From assembly GCA_963666835.2 (NCBI GenBank), contig CAXXGO010000006.1, positions 2,560,001-2,624,000 of the forward strand: DNA of 64,000 bases, given 5' to 3'. Shown one piece after another: positions 19,201 to 28,135 of the stretch. The notes under the pieces are model-generated. The model saw only the letters and a program-made list of their open reading frames with translations, had not been told where the DNA came from and did no database searches. The first letter of the stretch is position 1, and every line of letters starts with the position of its first letter. The DNA comes from Phycisphaerae bacterium. GTDB lineage: Bacteria > Planctomycetota > Phycisphaerae > UBA1845. Made by a program: the position numbers and the translations under genes.

Positions 19201-20848
19201 CAGCCTGGGGGATTTCAATCTGCGGACTCTGCACCGCCCGAGCGAAGCCCTGCGCTGGTACGAGCAAGCGGCGGAGCTGGCGCGTCAGCAGAGTTCCCCG
19301 AAACTCTCGAAGATCCTCGGGGCGCGCATTATCTGTGTGATGCATCGGGAAGTGGACGATCTGGATGCCGCTCAGACTTACGTCGACGAGTTTCTCGCTG
19401 AATTCCCGGATGACCCGCAGGGGGCGCTTTGGGAGGGTGAACTCCACGCTCGTCGAGGGCAGATTGATCAGGCGATCGACGCCTTCTCCCGTTATCTGGA
19501 GGCCCGTCCGAATGAACCGTACGCTCTCTTCCAGCGTGCCCAGCACTATGGAGCTATGGGGCGAACCGCCGAAGCGATTCAGGATCTCGAGGCGATCAAG
19601 AGGGTCGACCCCACGGCACTGCGTTTGGAGCCGAGGATTCTGCTGGCCCGAATGCACCGCCAGGCCGGGATGACGGACGCGTGGCTTTCAGAATTGGAGT
19701 CCATTGTGGCGGATGCTCCTGATTCCGCGCCGGCGCTCGAGGAACTCATCAGTGCTCTGATTGACGAAGGCCGGTTGGTTGACGCCGATCGGCGGGTGAC
19801 TACGGAGATCAACCGCTCCGGCGACGAGACCGACTCGCGCTGGCTGTTCCTTCGCGGGCGGATTTCGCGCGATTTGGGCAAAGCGCCTGAGGCTCTGCGG
19901 GATTTCCGGCGGGGCGCCGAGCTTGCGGGTTACACTCCGGAAGCGCTTGCTAACGTGCTGGGCCTTTACATGCAGTTGGGGCAAAACGCAGAGGCCGTAC
20001 GCTACTACGATCAACATGCCGGTAATACCGAGCAGACTCCCGGACTCCAATCCCATTACGCTCGGGCTCTGGCGGGCGCGGGACAGATGCCGGAAGCCGT
20101 TCGGGAGTTTCGCCGGGCGATGGGGCTGGCCGAGGCGGTTTCCGTTCAAGCGGTGGCGGCGGTGGCGGCGGATATTCGGAGTGCCTTCCCCGGGGCAGAC
20201 GGTCTGCAACGGGCGATTGCCCTGTTCGAGGCGGACGTGCTGGATGGGCGAGTGGCGCGGATGAACCGTCGGATTCTGGCGCGGCTGTATGAAGCCGACG
20301 GGCGGACTGAAGCAAGCGCGGCGGAGCTGGATCGGTTGCTGTCCACGGCGACGGAAGATAAGGAGCGAGTCAGCTTGCTTATCGAGCTGGCCGAGCTGCA
20401 GCAGAACGCCGGAGATACGGCGCGCGCGGTGGAGTTGTACGAGGACGTGCTGAGGTATTCATCCGATAATTGGATTGTGCTGAACAACATTGCGTATCTG
20501 TTGGCGGATGAACTGGGGCAGACGGAGCGGGCTTTGCCGTATGCCCGCCGTGCCGTTGCCATTGCAGATCGTCCTAACACGCTCGACACGCTCGGGTGGA
20601 TCTATGTCGGTCTCGGGCAATACCCCCGCGCGGTGGCCGAGCTGAGCCGCGCTGTGCGCCTTGCGCCGAGCGATGCCCTCGCGCACTACCATCTCGGAGA
20701 GGCCTATCGTCGAAACCGACAGTTCATCGAGGCTTCCAGCGTCTTAGAGCGGGGGCGGGAGACGGCGCAGTCTATTGGAGATACCGCCCTGATCGAGTTG
20801 ATAGACACTGCAGCCGACCGAGCTGCGCGCGGCGACGGCGACGTATGA
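16280..20848 (+). CDS. Large membrane-anchored TPR-repeat protein (1522 aa)
   Basis: N-terminal MARKKLNKNL plus TM segment; many TPR-like helices; C-terminal LNNIAYLLA...LDTLGWIY...AHYHLG. Confidence 0.9.
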   Translation: MARKKLNKNLVVVLTLFAFAAIVVLSVLMLRSLQKGDPQHFVDLAVKHEEKGEWRQAALFYGKAWEKSRNWEYLVLRGDMLLNEGEVGMALRDWREVLVNSPDMVQAHLRQLEILLELAQQSGQMRSWTAVQEAAEPLLELETAQKHQAFAHYALGLALMGLESQAADNAERGMHELHEAVRLAPEDVEYAIDLATYQAQRGKQDAGEQLFEELLQRHAEPGAAASKVRTAYAKYLAGQGRSADAERYLNEGVSFAQGESEVLLEARMALADYLARQWATTKTGERTGDSELLRRAEELLMQCVEENPDEFGPSVRLALLYKASQRPERVVEVCDQRLTLGFSRKGLKSGQNKLDAFRLMIMGSEASVAMAQDPEVSQDEGRRAEWLARAESYVAQAGSEFVDHPKVLSQSGRIKLARGGDRDALDDFRRADELYQAAGVVDWENKLRLANLHLDLNEAGAARAVLEEALNQAGDRVVLSCWILYARVLLHNAQRGEPIDAQTAGKVERALAVIASVDPDRPELRQLQAVFLELQGKPGQAGMLTESPTARALLEARERVIQGDTDGAVALLQEALVDAPADNRLVTAAVRDLLRLGRAGEAEAVAKRALELKPDDAQLRKLAVFASEEMSPEDRDAALLDIINSEEDAFQRSWDLIDYYWRREDPAAALRYFAEAEQHLIEKDTEQARKSTIAQHRALLKAKLFVAKQADDAEAMAAARDSAVKYNVDGAEGKSLVGLYHMYRDEVEPAIVALAAAVEAQPTDARSLTYLAQCYQNVERLDAARDLFERATRMNPNEALAHKGLAAIAKQQGEERSYRRHLAICEGLIPGDPWVQGEVLARKEQDNPEQAIIDREALLATDPDNVANLARLAALAETLGDQAKADGYYQRILDIRGDEQGVVALVSKYFVRTGRPESSLEVVNEYVDSKTTADEKADARILIAAHYLGLQELDLAETALLEAADVSRTLAVCHSLGDFNLRTLHRPSEALRWYEQAAELARQQSSPKLSKILGARIICVMHREVDDLDAAQTYVDEFLAEFPDDPQGALWEGELHARRGQIDQAIDAFSRYLEARPNEPYALFQRAQHYGAMGRTAEAIQDLEAIKRVDPTALRLEPRILLARMHRQAGMTDAWLSELESIVADAPDSAPALEELISALIDEGRLVDADRRVTTEINRSGDETDSRWLFLRGRISRDLGKAPEALRDFRRGAELAGYTPEALANVLGLYMQLGQNAEAVRYYDQHAGNTEQTPGLQSHYARALAGAGQMPEAVREFRRAMGLAEAVSVQAVAAVAADIRSAFPGADGLQRAIALFEADVLDGRVARMNRRILARLYEADGRTEASAAELDRLLSTATEDKERVSLLIELAELQQNAGDTARAVELYEDVLRYSSDNWIVLNNIAYLLADELGQTERALPYARRAVAIADRPNTLDTLGWIYVGLGQYPRAVAELSRAVRLAPSDALAHYHLGEAYRRNRQFIEASSVLERGRETAQSIGDTALIELIDTAADRAARGDGDV

Positions 20849-20912
20849 CGGCGGCGGGCTCGACTATCGGGGATTCGGTGGGCCAAGTGCCGTACGGTAT
20901 GATGCGGTTGGC

Positions 20913-22166
20913 ATGATCTGGTTGCTGCTTCCGTTTCTGTTGGTCTGTTCCGGGGCGGTGTCCGCGTCGGAAACCGCTCTGTTCAGCCTTAGCACCCGCA
21001 CACTCCAGGAATACGGTAGGTCGAGCGGCTCGCTGCGGCGGCGGGTTTTTGGACTCATGCAACGACCGCGCCGGGTCCTGATGACCATCCTGATTACTAA
21101 CACGGCGGTCAATGTGGCTTTCTTCGCCGTGGGCTTCGTCGCTCTCCATGGACACCGTGAAACGGGCCCGACGGCGGAAGCGCTTGGAAGTGCGGCCGTC
21201 CTGGCCGCTGTGATCGTCTTCGGTGAGATGCTTCCGAAGGCTCTGGCGTTGAGCAATGCCCGGCGGCTGGCTCGTCCGGCCGGCGTATTCGTTGGTTTCT
21301 TGCATGTCGTTTTGAGCCCGTTGCGTTGGGCCCTGCAGTTCATGCTGGTCGACCCGATCATCCGGTTGGTGGCCCCTCATTCTCAACCGGGCCCGGTTTC
21401 CATAGACGAACTCCAGCTCCTGCTCGAACAGTCAGCCGGAGCCGGGGTAATCAACCCCCAAGAGAACGAGATGCTGCAGGCGACGGTTGCCCTGGCCGGT
21501 GTGCGCGTTCGTGAGGTGATGACCCCGCGCGTTGACATTAGGGGTGTGGGGATCGAACAGGGCCGAGAGGCCGTGCTCGCCCTGCTGGAGCAATCCGGCC
21601 GGCGCAAGTTGCTCGTCTTTGGTGATAACCTCGATGACGTTCGGGGGATCCTGTATGCGCGCGACGTCTATCTGCAACGCACAAGCGAGATTGCCCAACT
21701 CGTCGTCCCGGTGCGTTTTGTGCCGGAACAGATCAACCTCGTCCAACTGATCCGGTATTTCCGTAGCGAGCAAGTCGAGTTTGCGGTGGTGGTAGACGAG
21801 TATGGGGGCACGTCCGGGATAGTATCGATTGAGGACATTGCGGAGCGGATTGTCGGTCCGCTGCCCGACCCGGATGCGACCCGGCCGGCGCCTACTACGG
21901 AGCGGATTGATGACAACACGTACCGAGTGTCGGGTGATCTGAGCGTGAGGTTGTGGGCGGAGCGCTTCGCGGTCGGGGAGATTGATCGGCACATCGACAC
22001 GGTGGGCGGGCTGATTTTGGCCAAGCTCGGGAGATGGCCCCAAGTCGGAGAGGCGGTTCGACTGCGCAACCTGACCTTGACGGTGGAGGCGATGGATCGG
22101 TATCGGATCGACTACGTCGTGCTTCGTCGCGAAGACGATGTCGGGGGAGGCAAGACGGAATGTTGA
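20913..22166 (+). CDS. CNNM/hemolysin family protein (DUF21 + CBS + CorC_HlyC)
   Basis: SASETALFSL, FGEMLPK, VREVMTPR, VVDEYGGTSGIVSIEDI and DTVGGLI. Confidence 0.92.
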   Translation: MIWLLLPFLLVCSGAVSASETALFSLSTRTLQEYGRSSGSLRRRVFGLMQRPRRVLMTILITNTAVNVAFFAVGFVALHGHRETGPTAEALGSAAVLAAVIVFGEMLPKALALSNARRLARPAGVFVGFLHVVLSPLRWALQFMLVDPIIRLVAPHSQPGPVSIDELQLLLEQSAGAGVINPQENEMLQATVALAGVRVREVMTPRVDIRGVGIEQGREAVLALLEQSGRRKLLVFGDNLDDVRGILYARDVYLQRTSEIAQLVVPVRFVPEQINLVQLIRYFRSEQVEFAVVVDEYGGTSGIVSIEDIAERIVGPLPDPDATRPAPTTERIDDNTYRVSGDLSVRLWAERFAVGEIDRHIDTVGGLILAKLGRWPQVGEAVRLRNLTLTVEAMDRYRIDYVVLRREDDVGGGKTEC

Positions 22167-23155
22167 TGTGGTTTCTCGCCATTGCTGTGGTCGGGCTGGG
22201 CTTGCTTTTCAGTGCGTTCTTCTCCGGGGCCGAGACGGGGATGTATTGCGTGAACCGCGTGCGTTTACATCTCGGTACGCAACGCCGCGAGCCGGATGCC
22301 CTCCGGTTGGCCCGCGTGTTAGATGACGAGCAGGCGGCACTGTCCGTTGCGTTGCTCGGCACTAATGTGGCGAACTACGTCACCACCGCCGCGGTTGCCT
22401 TCATCCTCGCCGATCTGCTCGGCTTCGGGGAGGTCGATACCGAGCTCTACACCGTGATGGTGCTGACTCCCGTGGTCTTCGTCTTCGGCGAGGTCGTCCC
22501 CAAGAGCCTCTTTCAGATGCATGCGGATCGGTTGATGACCCTCGGGGCGAAGCCGCTGGTCGTAGTGAACGTGCTGTTTCGGGTGACGGGGTTGGTTGCC
22601 GTGCTGAAGGCCTTAGCCGGCGCGATGCACTGGCTGGTGCGGCCCTATGGCGAAGACCGCCGACCTCATCCGCCGAAGCTCCGCGTGGCTCGGCTGTTGC
22701 AGGAGGCGCTCGCCGGCCACGAGTTGGCGGTTGATCAGACCGAGCTGGTCGATCGAGTGTGCCAGCTTTCCGAGACGCCGCTGCACGCGGTAATGGTCCC
22801 GCGAAACCGGGTGAACATGATTCCGGCGGCGGCGGACCGCCGCCAGTTGGAGCGGCTCGCTCGCCGAACGCGGCACGCTCATCTCCCGGTCTTCGACACG
22901 CAGCACCGCCACGTTATCGGCATTGCCAAGGTCCGAGAGCTTCTGCGATATACCGACTGGAAGACCGTTGGAGAGCGAATTCGCCCGGTCGTGACCCTCA
23001 GCCCTCACGACACGGTTGCGGTGGCCACCAAACGCATGCAGACCAAGGGGCAGAAGATCGCCGTGGTTGCAGATCGCGGCGGGCGGATGCTGGGTGTCGT
23101 GACACTTCAAGATCTCATCGAAGAAGTCCTCGGTGAGCTGGCGGGAAGCGATTGA
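22160..23155 (+). CDS. Second CNNM family protein (DUF21 + CBS, no CorC domain)
   Basis: FSAFFSGAETG, FGEVVPKS, VMVPR and GVVTLQDLIEE; start overlaps the previous gene. Confidence 0.9.
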   Translation: MLMWFLAIAVVGLGLLFSAFFSGAETGMYCVNRVRLHLGTQRREPDALRLARVLDDEQAALSVALLGTNVANYVTTAAVAFILADLLGFGEVDTELYTVMVLTPVVFVFGEVVPKSLFQMHADRLMTLGAKPLVVVNVLFRVTGLVAVLKALAGAMHWLVRPYGEDRRPHPPKLRVARLLQEALAGHELAVDQTELVDRVCQLSETPLHAVMVPRNRVNMIPAAADRRQLERLARRTRHAHLPVFDTQHRHVIGIAKVRELLRYTDWKTVGERIRPVVTLSPHDTVAVATKRMQTKGQKIAVVADRGGRMLGVVTLQDLIEEVLGELAGSD

Positions 23156-23427
23156 ATCCCGCCCGATAAGGGGCTACAATCAGGTGTTGCTCGAGAGGGT
23201 CGCCGGAGCGTAGGGGTTGATTCCGGTGTCATGATATTGGCTCCGTGGGGCGAGCCTGCGCGGAAGATGCCCGGGGTCTGATCGAGACCCGGCCAACAGC
23301 GGCTGGGTGCCGAGCGGGTGGCATACGCTCTGTAATGCACGGGCAGGTCCCGGTGCGTTAGGAAGACCGCAAACGCGCGGAGTGGTCCGGAGGGGCCCGC
23401 CGGGCGCGGTCGGGGGGAGTCTTCACT

Positions 23428-24978
23428 ATGATGTCGAGAACGCTATTGCGGGCTGGGTTTGCCTGTCTGACGCTGAACTTCGTTTGCGCTTTCGGAGCCG
23501 AGTCTACGGATCCATCCGGGATTCGGCGGGAAACGTCAATTCGCGCCGGAGCGGCCGGGACGATCGTCGCCATCGAGGCTCGAACACCGCAAGCATCCGC
23601 GCTGGCGGCGACCGCGCTCGCAGAATACCCGCATCCGCGCCCGCGGCTGGCGGGGTTCTCGCCGTTGGTCGCCATCACTACCTCCGACGAGGGGGACCAT
23701 TTGGGGGATGACTACGAGCATGAGCTGCAGCCGTCTTATGTGGGCAGTGCGCTCAATCCGGACGTGAGCCGTCATTTCGTCATCGGCTACCTGGATACCG
23801 GATCCGATGTGAATCTGGCAGCGGGCACCGCGGCGGACACGCTTGGGCTGTTTGGCACAAGACTCGGGCCCAATTCGATTCCTATCGGCGGCGTCGGTGG
23901 ACAGATCGACGCTTACCTGACAATGCCGCTTGCGTTCTTCGCGGCAGGGCTCTCGGCGATCGACGGGAGCGGGGCGCTGGATTACGGCGCCTTGGTCGGA
24001 CACTCGCACGTTTCCGGATTGGCGGCTCCGGCAATCGAGTGCGGCGGCGGCGAAGCGGTAACGGCGATTGTGGGAATGCCGTTTCTGGGCTTCTACAACT
24101 CGTTCATTCGGGTGGACACGCCGCGCGAGGCCACCGTGGAGGGCGTGACCTACAAGGGCCCGGACGTGCAGATTGAAACGCCGGATCCGTATAATCCGCT
24201 TCCCGCGTCCGCGCATATGATATCCATGGATTTCGGTGGGGGGGCCGGGTACGCGATGACTGCGAACTACTATCCCGATTTCTTTGACCTTGATGGCCCG
24301 CCTCTATATCCGACGTTGTTGTCTGCCATGGCGAGTTTTCTTCCCCTTGGCGGACAGCTCTTTGAGTCTATTTGGGTGCGGGAAGGCGAACCCACGCCGG
24401 ACAACCCCTCTCAGGAGATCCGCGTGATGGTCGACACGGGTGCTCAGAGTTCGATTATCAGCACCGCGGTAGCCGCCAATCTCAGTCTGCCGTTCGAGCC
24501 GGATTTTACCGTGGACGTGTGTGGAGTAGGGGGGCTGATTGAGGACATCCCCGGGTATTACATCGACTACGTGAAGATCCCCGCGTTGGGTGGAGCGCTG
24601 GAATTCTCGCGGGCGCCGTTCGTGGTAATGGACCTGCCGTCGGCGGAAGGTGGGACCCTGGCCGGAATTCTCGGGATGAACTTCTTCTGGAACCGCAACG
24701 TTACCGTTGAGCCCAACCTGATGGGGACGTCCTATTTGCACGTGTCCGACCCGATCCCGTTTGCTTACGGGGATTTCGATGCCGACCTGGACGTCGATGA
24801 TGATGACGCCTCGATGTTCTTCTATTGCATGCGTGGCCCGAACGACCTGGCGATCGGGCCCAACTGCGATCATGTCGATTCCGACGAGGACGGAGACGTC
24901 GATCTGGAGGACTACGCCCGTTTCTGGACCTGCTACAGCGGCATGAACTTGCCGGCTGACCCGACGTGCGGGGACTGA
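23428..24978 (+). CDS. Secreted two-lobed retropepsin-like aspartic protease with dockerin-like tail
   Basis: LDTGS and VDTGA catalytic motifs, each followed by GVGG and an I(V/L)GM motif. Tail GDFDADLDVDDDD...DSDEDGDVDLEDY. Confidence 0.85.
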   Translation: MMSRTLLRAGFACLTLNFVCAFGAESTDPSGIRRETSIRAGAAGTIVAIEARTPQASALAATALAEYPHPRPRLAGFSPLVAITTSDEGDHLGDDYEHELQPSYVGSALNPDVSRHFVIGYLDTGSDVNLAAGTAADTLGLFGTRLGPNSIPIGGVGGQIDAYLTMPLAFFAAGLSAIDGSGALDYGALVGHSHVSGLAAPAIECGGGEAVTAIVGMPFLGFYNSFIRVDTPREATVEGVTYKGPDVQIETPDPYNPLPASAHMISMDFGGGAGYAMTANYYPDFFDLDGPPLYPTLLSAMASFLPLGGQLFESIWVREGEPTPDNPSQEIRVMVDTGAQSSIISTAVAANLSLPFEPDFTVDVCGVGGLIEDIPGYYIDYVKIPALGGALEFSRAPFVVMDLPSAEGGTLAGILGMNFFWNRNVTVEPNLMGTSYLHVSDPIPFAYGDFDADLDVDDDDASMFFYCMRGPNDLAIGPNCDHVDSDEDGDVDLEDYARFWTCYSGMNLPADPTCGD

Positions 24979-25331
24979 TTCGACGCCTGTTGCCGGGGCA
25001 AGCTCTGTGTGCCTTCACCCTCGGCAGCCCGTCTCAGGACGCTGTGATTCCCGCCACGGTTAACGAGGGGCTGGAACTCGAACAGCATCCGCGGCAACAG
25101 GGTGTGCCGCTTCCCAACGCCCCAGAGTGATTCAAGGGTCGCTTGCCGATGCGCGGATGTCCCGGGCAAACAGGCAGTTTGCCCAAACGGGACAACGGCT
25201 CGCTACGCTGCCCGATTGGGTCTCGTAGGCACAAGGCCTGTGACGGGGTGTTGTCCGCCTTTCCGATCACCCGGTCACTGCAATCGACATCCGCGCCTTA
25301 TCGGTCTAACATCGTGCATGGGCGCGGGCTA

Positions 25332-25528
25332 GTAACGCAGGCTTCCGACCTGCCGGTTGCTGGTTGAGATTGTGTTCTGTTTGAACGGCCAACAGGTAAC
25401 GCAGGCTTCCAGCCTGCCCTGGACTTTGGCCCTTTTTGTCTAGCGCAGGCTTCCAGCCTGCCGGTGGCGGGTCGCCTTCGCGTTTTGTTTTGACGCCTAA
25501 TCGAAGTAACGCAGGCTTCCAGCCTGCC
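25332..25528 (+). repeat. Cluster of four REP-like hairpins (GTA(A/G)CGCAGGCTTCCAGCCTGCC)
   Basis: Copies at 25332, 25396, 25440 and 25506; GCAGGC/GCCTGC stem; spacers of 41, 21 and 43 nt that partly resemble each other. Confidence 0.9.
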
Positions 25529-25579
25529 CATTGTTGGTCGCGATCGTGTTCTGTTTGAATGCCTAATAGAGGGTGAGCC

Positions 25580-26200
25580 ATGGACAACGTCACCACGCTT
25601 CCGTTGGAGGACTTCTTGGATCAAGTTGCTGCGCGTGTTCCCACGCCCGGTGGCGGCGGGGTGACGGCCGCTACGGGGGCTTTGGCCTGCGCGATGGCCC
25701 GCATGGTCGCGGCCTATTCGATGGGCAAGAAGACCTCCCCGGGAAACCGGATGCGCGTCGGGGCGCTCGGGCAACGTCTGCAGCGCGCCGATGAGCTACT
25801 GCGCGCCTTGGTGACGCAGGATGGAATCGCCTACACCAAGATGACCGAGGCGATCAAGAATGCCGGGGAGAACCCGAAGGACAAAGAGAAGCTCGCTGCA
25901 GCCGTCATGGGGGCCATCGCCGTGCCGATGGAGATGGCCGCCTTGGTTTCAGAGATCCTCGCCATTATGAACGAGTTCAAGGGCATGGCCAACCGCTACC
26001 TGCTCAGCGACCTCGGAGTGGCCGCGGTTCTGGCGGATGCCACGGCCCGGGCGGCCCGCTATTCCATTCAGGTCAACCTCGGGCAGCTTGAAGATGAGGA
26101 CACCCGTGCAAAAGTGCGGCGGGAGATTGACGAGACCGTTGATCATTGCTCGCGTCATCGCGCGTCGGTGGAGTCCTTTGTGCGCGGCAATCTGGAGTAG
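25580..26200 (+). CDS. Formiminotetrahydrofolate cyclodeaminase / cyclohydrolase family protein
   Basis: LEDFLDQVAARVPTPGGG, LVTQD, VPME, NRYLLSDLGVA and IQVNL. Confidence 0.9.
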   Translation: MDNVTTLPLEDFLDQVAARVPTPGGGGVTAATGALACAMARMVAAYSMGKKTSPGNRMRVGALGQRLQRADELLRALVTQDGIAYTKMTEAIKNAGENPKDKEKLAAAVMGAIAVPMEMAALVSEILAIMNEFKGMANRYLLSDLGVAAVLADATARAARYSIQVNLGQLEDEDTRAKVRREIDETVDHCSRHRASVESFVRGNLE

Positions 26201-26226
26201 TCGATCGCCGGCGGCCGATAGACGCG

Positions 26227-26478
26227 ATGATGGACGAACCTCCCTATCATCTGGAGATTGACGGACTCGAATCCGAGGAAACCACTCGGGCAGGGGGATC
26301 GAGCCTCCGCGGCCGGGCCTGGATCGGCATTCACTTCGACTGCTGCGGAGTCTACACCCGAATATACCGCAATCGGGCGGGAACCGCTTATCACGGGGCT
26401 TGCCCTAAGTGTGCGCGCACGGTGACCTTGCGCATAGGTCCGGATGGGACTGACGCGAGATTCTTCGTCGCGGAATGA
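26227..26478 (+). CDS. Small Cys-rich hypothetical protein (83 aa)
   Basis: WIGIHFDCCGVYTRIYRN...AYHGACPKC...GTDARFF. Confidence 0.75.
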   Translation: MMDEPPYHLEIDGLESEETTRAGGSSLRGRAWIGIHFDCCGVYTRIYRNRAGTAYHGACPKCARTVTLRIGPDGTDARFFVAE

Positions 26479-26626
26479 GGGTTGTCTCGGCGAAACGCTC
26501 TTTACGCCGAAGCCGCGGCGGGCGGTGCGGGCTGGCCGGTGCGACGCGAGTGGCTACAATTCCGATCTGGTCGTGAGGCTCCTGCTGCCGAAGGTCTGTG
26601 AGGATTGATCGCCTGTGTTCAGTCAG

Positions 26627-27700
26627 ATGTTGTACGGACCCGACCTGCCCACGTGGGCTCTCTTTGCTGAGATGGCCCTTGCGGGGGCGGTTGTGATCGT
26701 GGCCGGTTCCCGTTTCACCTGTCTGGCGGATACCCTGGCGGATCGGTTGAACCTGGGGGGCGGGTGGATCGGGTTGATCTTGCTCGCAACGGTTACCAGC
26801 CTTCCCGAGCTGGTAAGCGGTGGGACGGCCACGGCCATCGGCAACGTGGATCTGGCGGTCGGAGCCATCTTCGGGAGCTGCTGTTTCAACATTACGCTTA
26901 TCTTCCTGTTGAATGCCATGAGGAAAGGCGGATCGGTTCTGCACGGGGTGCATGCAGCGCATTCTCTTTCGAGTTCGTCCGGGTTGGCGTTGATTGCTAT
27001 TGCGCTTCTGGGAATGGTAGTTGTCGAGAAGTTTTCGGCGAGCCTGGTGGTCGCGCAGCGGTGCGAACTGGCTTGGGCGGGGATCATCGTGGTTGCGTAC
27101 TTGGGTTGCATGCGGCTTATCTACAGCTTCGAGCGGTCCCAAAGAGCGGTTCAGAAGGAACATAGTGAAACGCCGCGGGAGCGGGTCGGGCCCGGTTTGT
27201 ATGTTCCTCTTGCCTTGACGGCTTTGATAATCGTGGCGGCTTCGTGGTGGCTCGCACAGATTGGCGATGTTCTCAGTACTCATGAGATAGAGCTGATCGG
27301 CCGGCCCTTGGGAGCGACCTTCGTCGGAGCCTGCTTCCTTGCGCTGGCTACGTCGCTTCCGGAGATTGTCACGAGCGTGGCGGCGGTGCGATTGGGGAAC
27401 CTGGACTTGGCGCTGGGCAATATCTTCGGCTCGAACATGTTCAACATCTTCGTTATTCCGGTCCTGAAGGTCGTCTCCGTAGCGAAAGGAGACCAGCTTC
27501 TGTTGGCGACCGATGCGGTGAACAGTACGCAAAACGTCATCACCGGTCTGTTGGCGATCCTGCTTAGCGCTATAGCGGTGGGCGGTTTGGCCTACCAGGG
27601 CAGACTGCGCACGATTCGCCGATACGGAATCGACTCGCTCCTCATCCTGGCCACGTATATCGGGGGAATGATCCTCCTTCTGTCCGGCCCGCAGCCGTAG
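26627..27700 (+). CDS. Sodium:calcium antiporter (CaCA family)
   Basis: Two alpha repeats: ATVTSLPE...GAIFGSCCFN and ALATSLPE...GNIFGSNMFN. Confidence 0.92.
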   Translation: MLYGPDLPTWALFAEMALAGAVVIVAGSRFTCLADTLADRLNLGGGWIGLILLATVTSLPELVSGGTATAIGNVDLAVGAIFGSCCFNITLIFLLNAMRKGGSVLHGVHAAHSLSSSSGLALIAIALLGMVVVEKFSASLVVAQRCELAWAGIIVVAYLGCMRLIYSFERSQRAVQKEHSETPRERVGPGLYVPLALTALIIVAASWWLAQIGDVLSTHEIELIGRPLGATFVGACFLALATSLPEIVTSVAAVRLGNLDLALGNIFGSNMFNIFVIPVLKVVSVAKGDQLLLATDAVNSTQNVITGLLAILLSAIAVGGLAYQGRLRTIRRYGIDSLLILATYIGGMILLLSGPQP

Positions 27701-27702
27701 TT

Positions 27703-28128
27703 ATGTGGCACGGTCGTGGCGCCAGACCTGCGACGAAGACGGACATCGCGCAGCGGTTGCGGCAGGTCTCGTTCCTCGACCGTGCCCTACAATGATCGCG
27801 ACTCGCTCATCACGGCTGGGTGGCCCATGTTCTATTGAGTTTCTGGAATGACAATGTTGTGGCAGAACCTTGCAGAGTAGAGTTGTTTGAACATGGGGGA
27901 GCCGATGACAATACGCGCTCGCACTCGCCGGCAGGTCTCGTTCCTCGACCGTGCCCTACAATGATCGCGACTCGCTCATCACGGCTGGGTGGCCCATGTT
28001 CTACTGAGTTACTGGAATGACAATATTGTGTCAGAACCTTGCAGAGTAGAGTTGTTTGAACATGGGGGAGCCGATGACAATACGCGCTCGCACTCGCCGG
28101 CAGGTCTCGTTCCTCGACCGTGCCCTAC
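27703..28128. repeat. Mosaic REP array, left part: degenerate inverted REP, then a 30-nt GTAG-REP and two tandem 169-bp units
   Basis: GGCAGGTCTCGTTCCTCGACCGTGCCCTAC at 27761, 27930 and 28099 (period 169). An inverted 22/30 match lies at 27703-27732. Confidence 0.92.
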
Positions 28129-28135
28129 AGCCTTA

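Noticed and set aside
25332..25528. CRISPR array
   Set aside because: Spacers are uneven (41, 21, 43 nt) and resemble each other, the repeat has REP architecture, and there are no cas genes.
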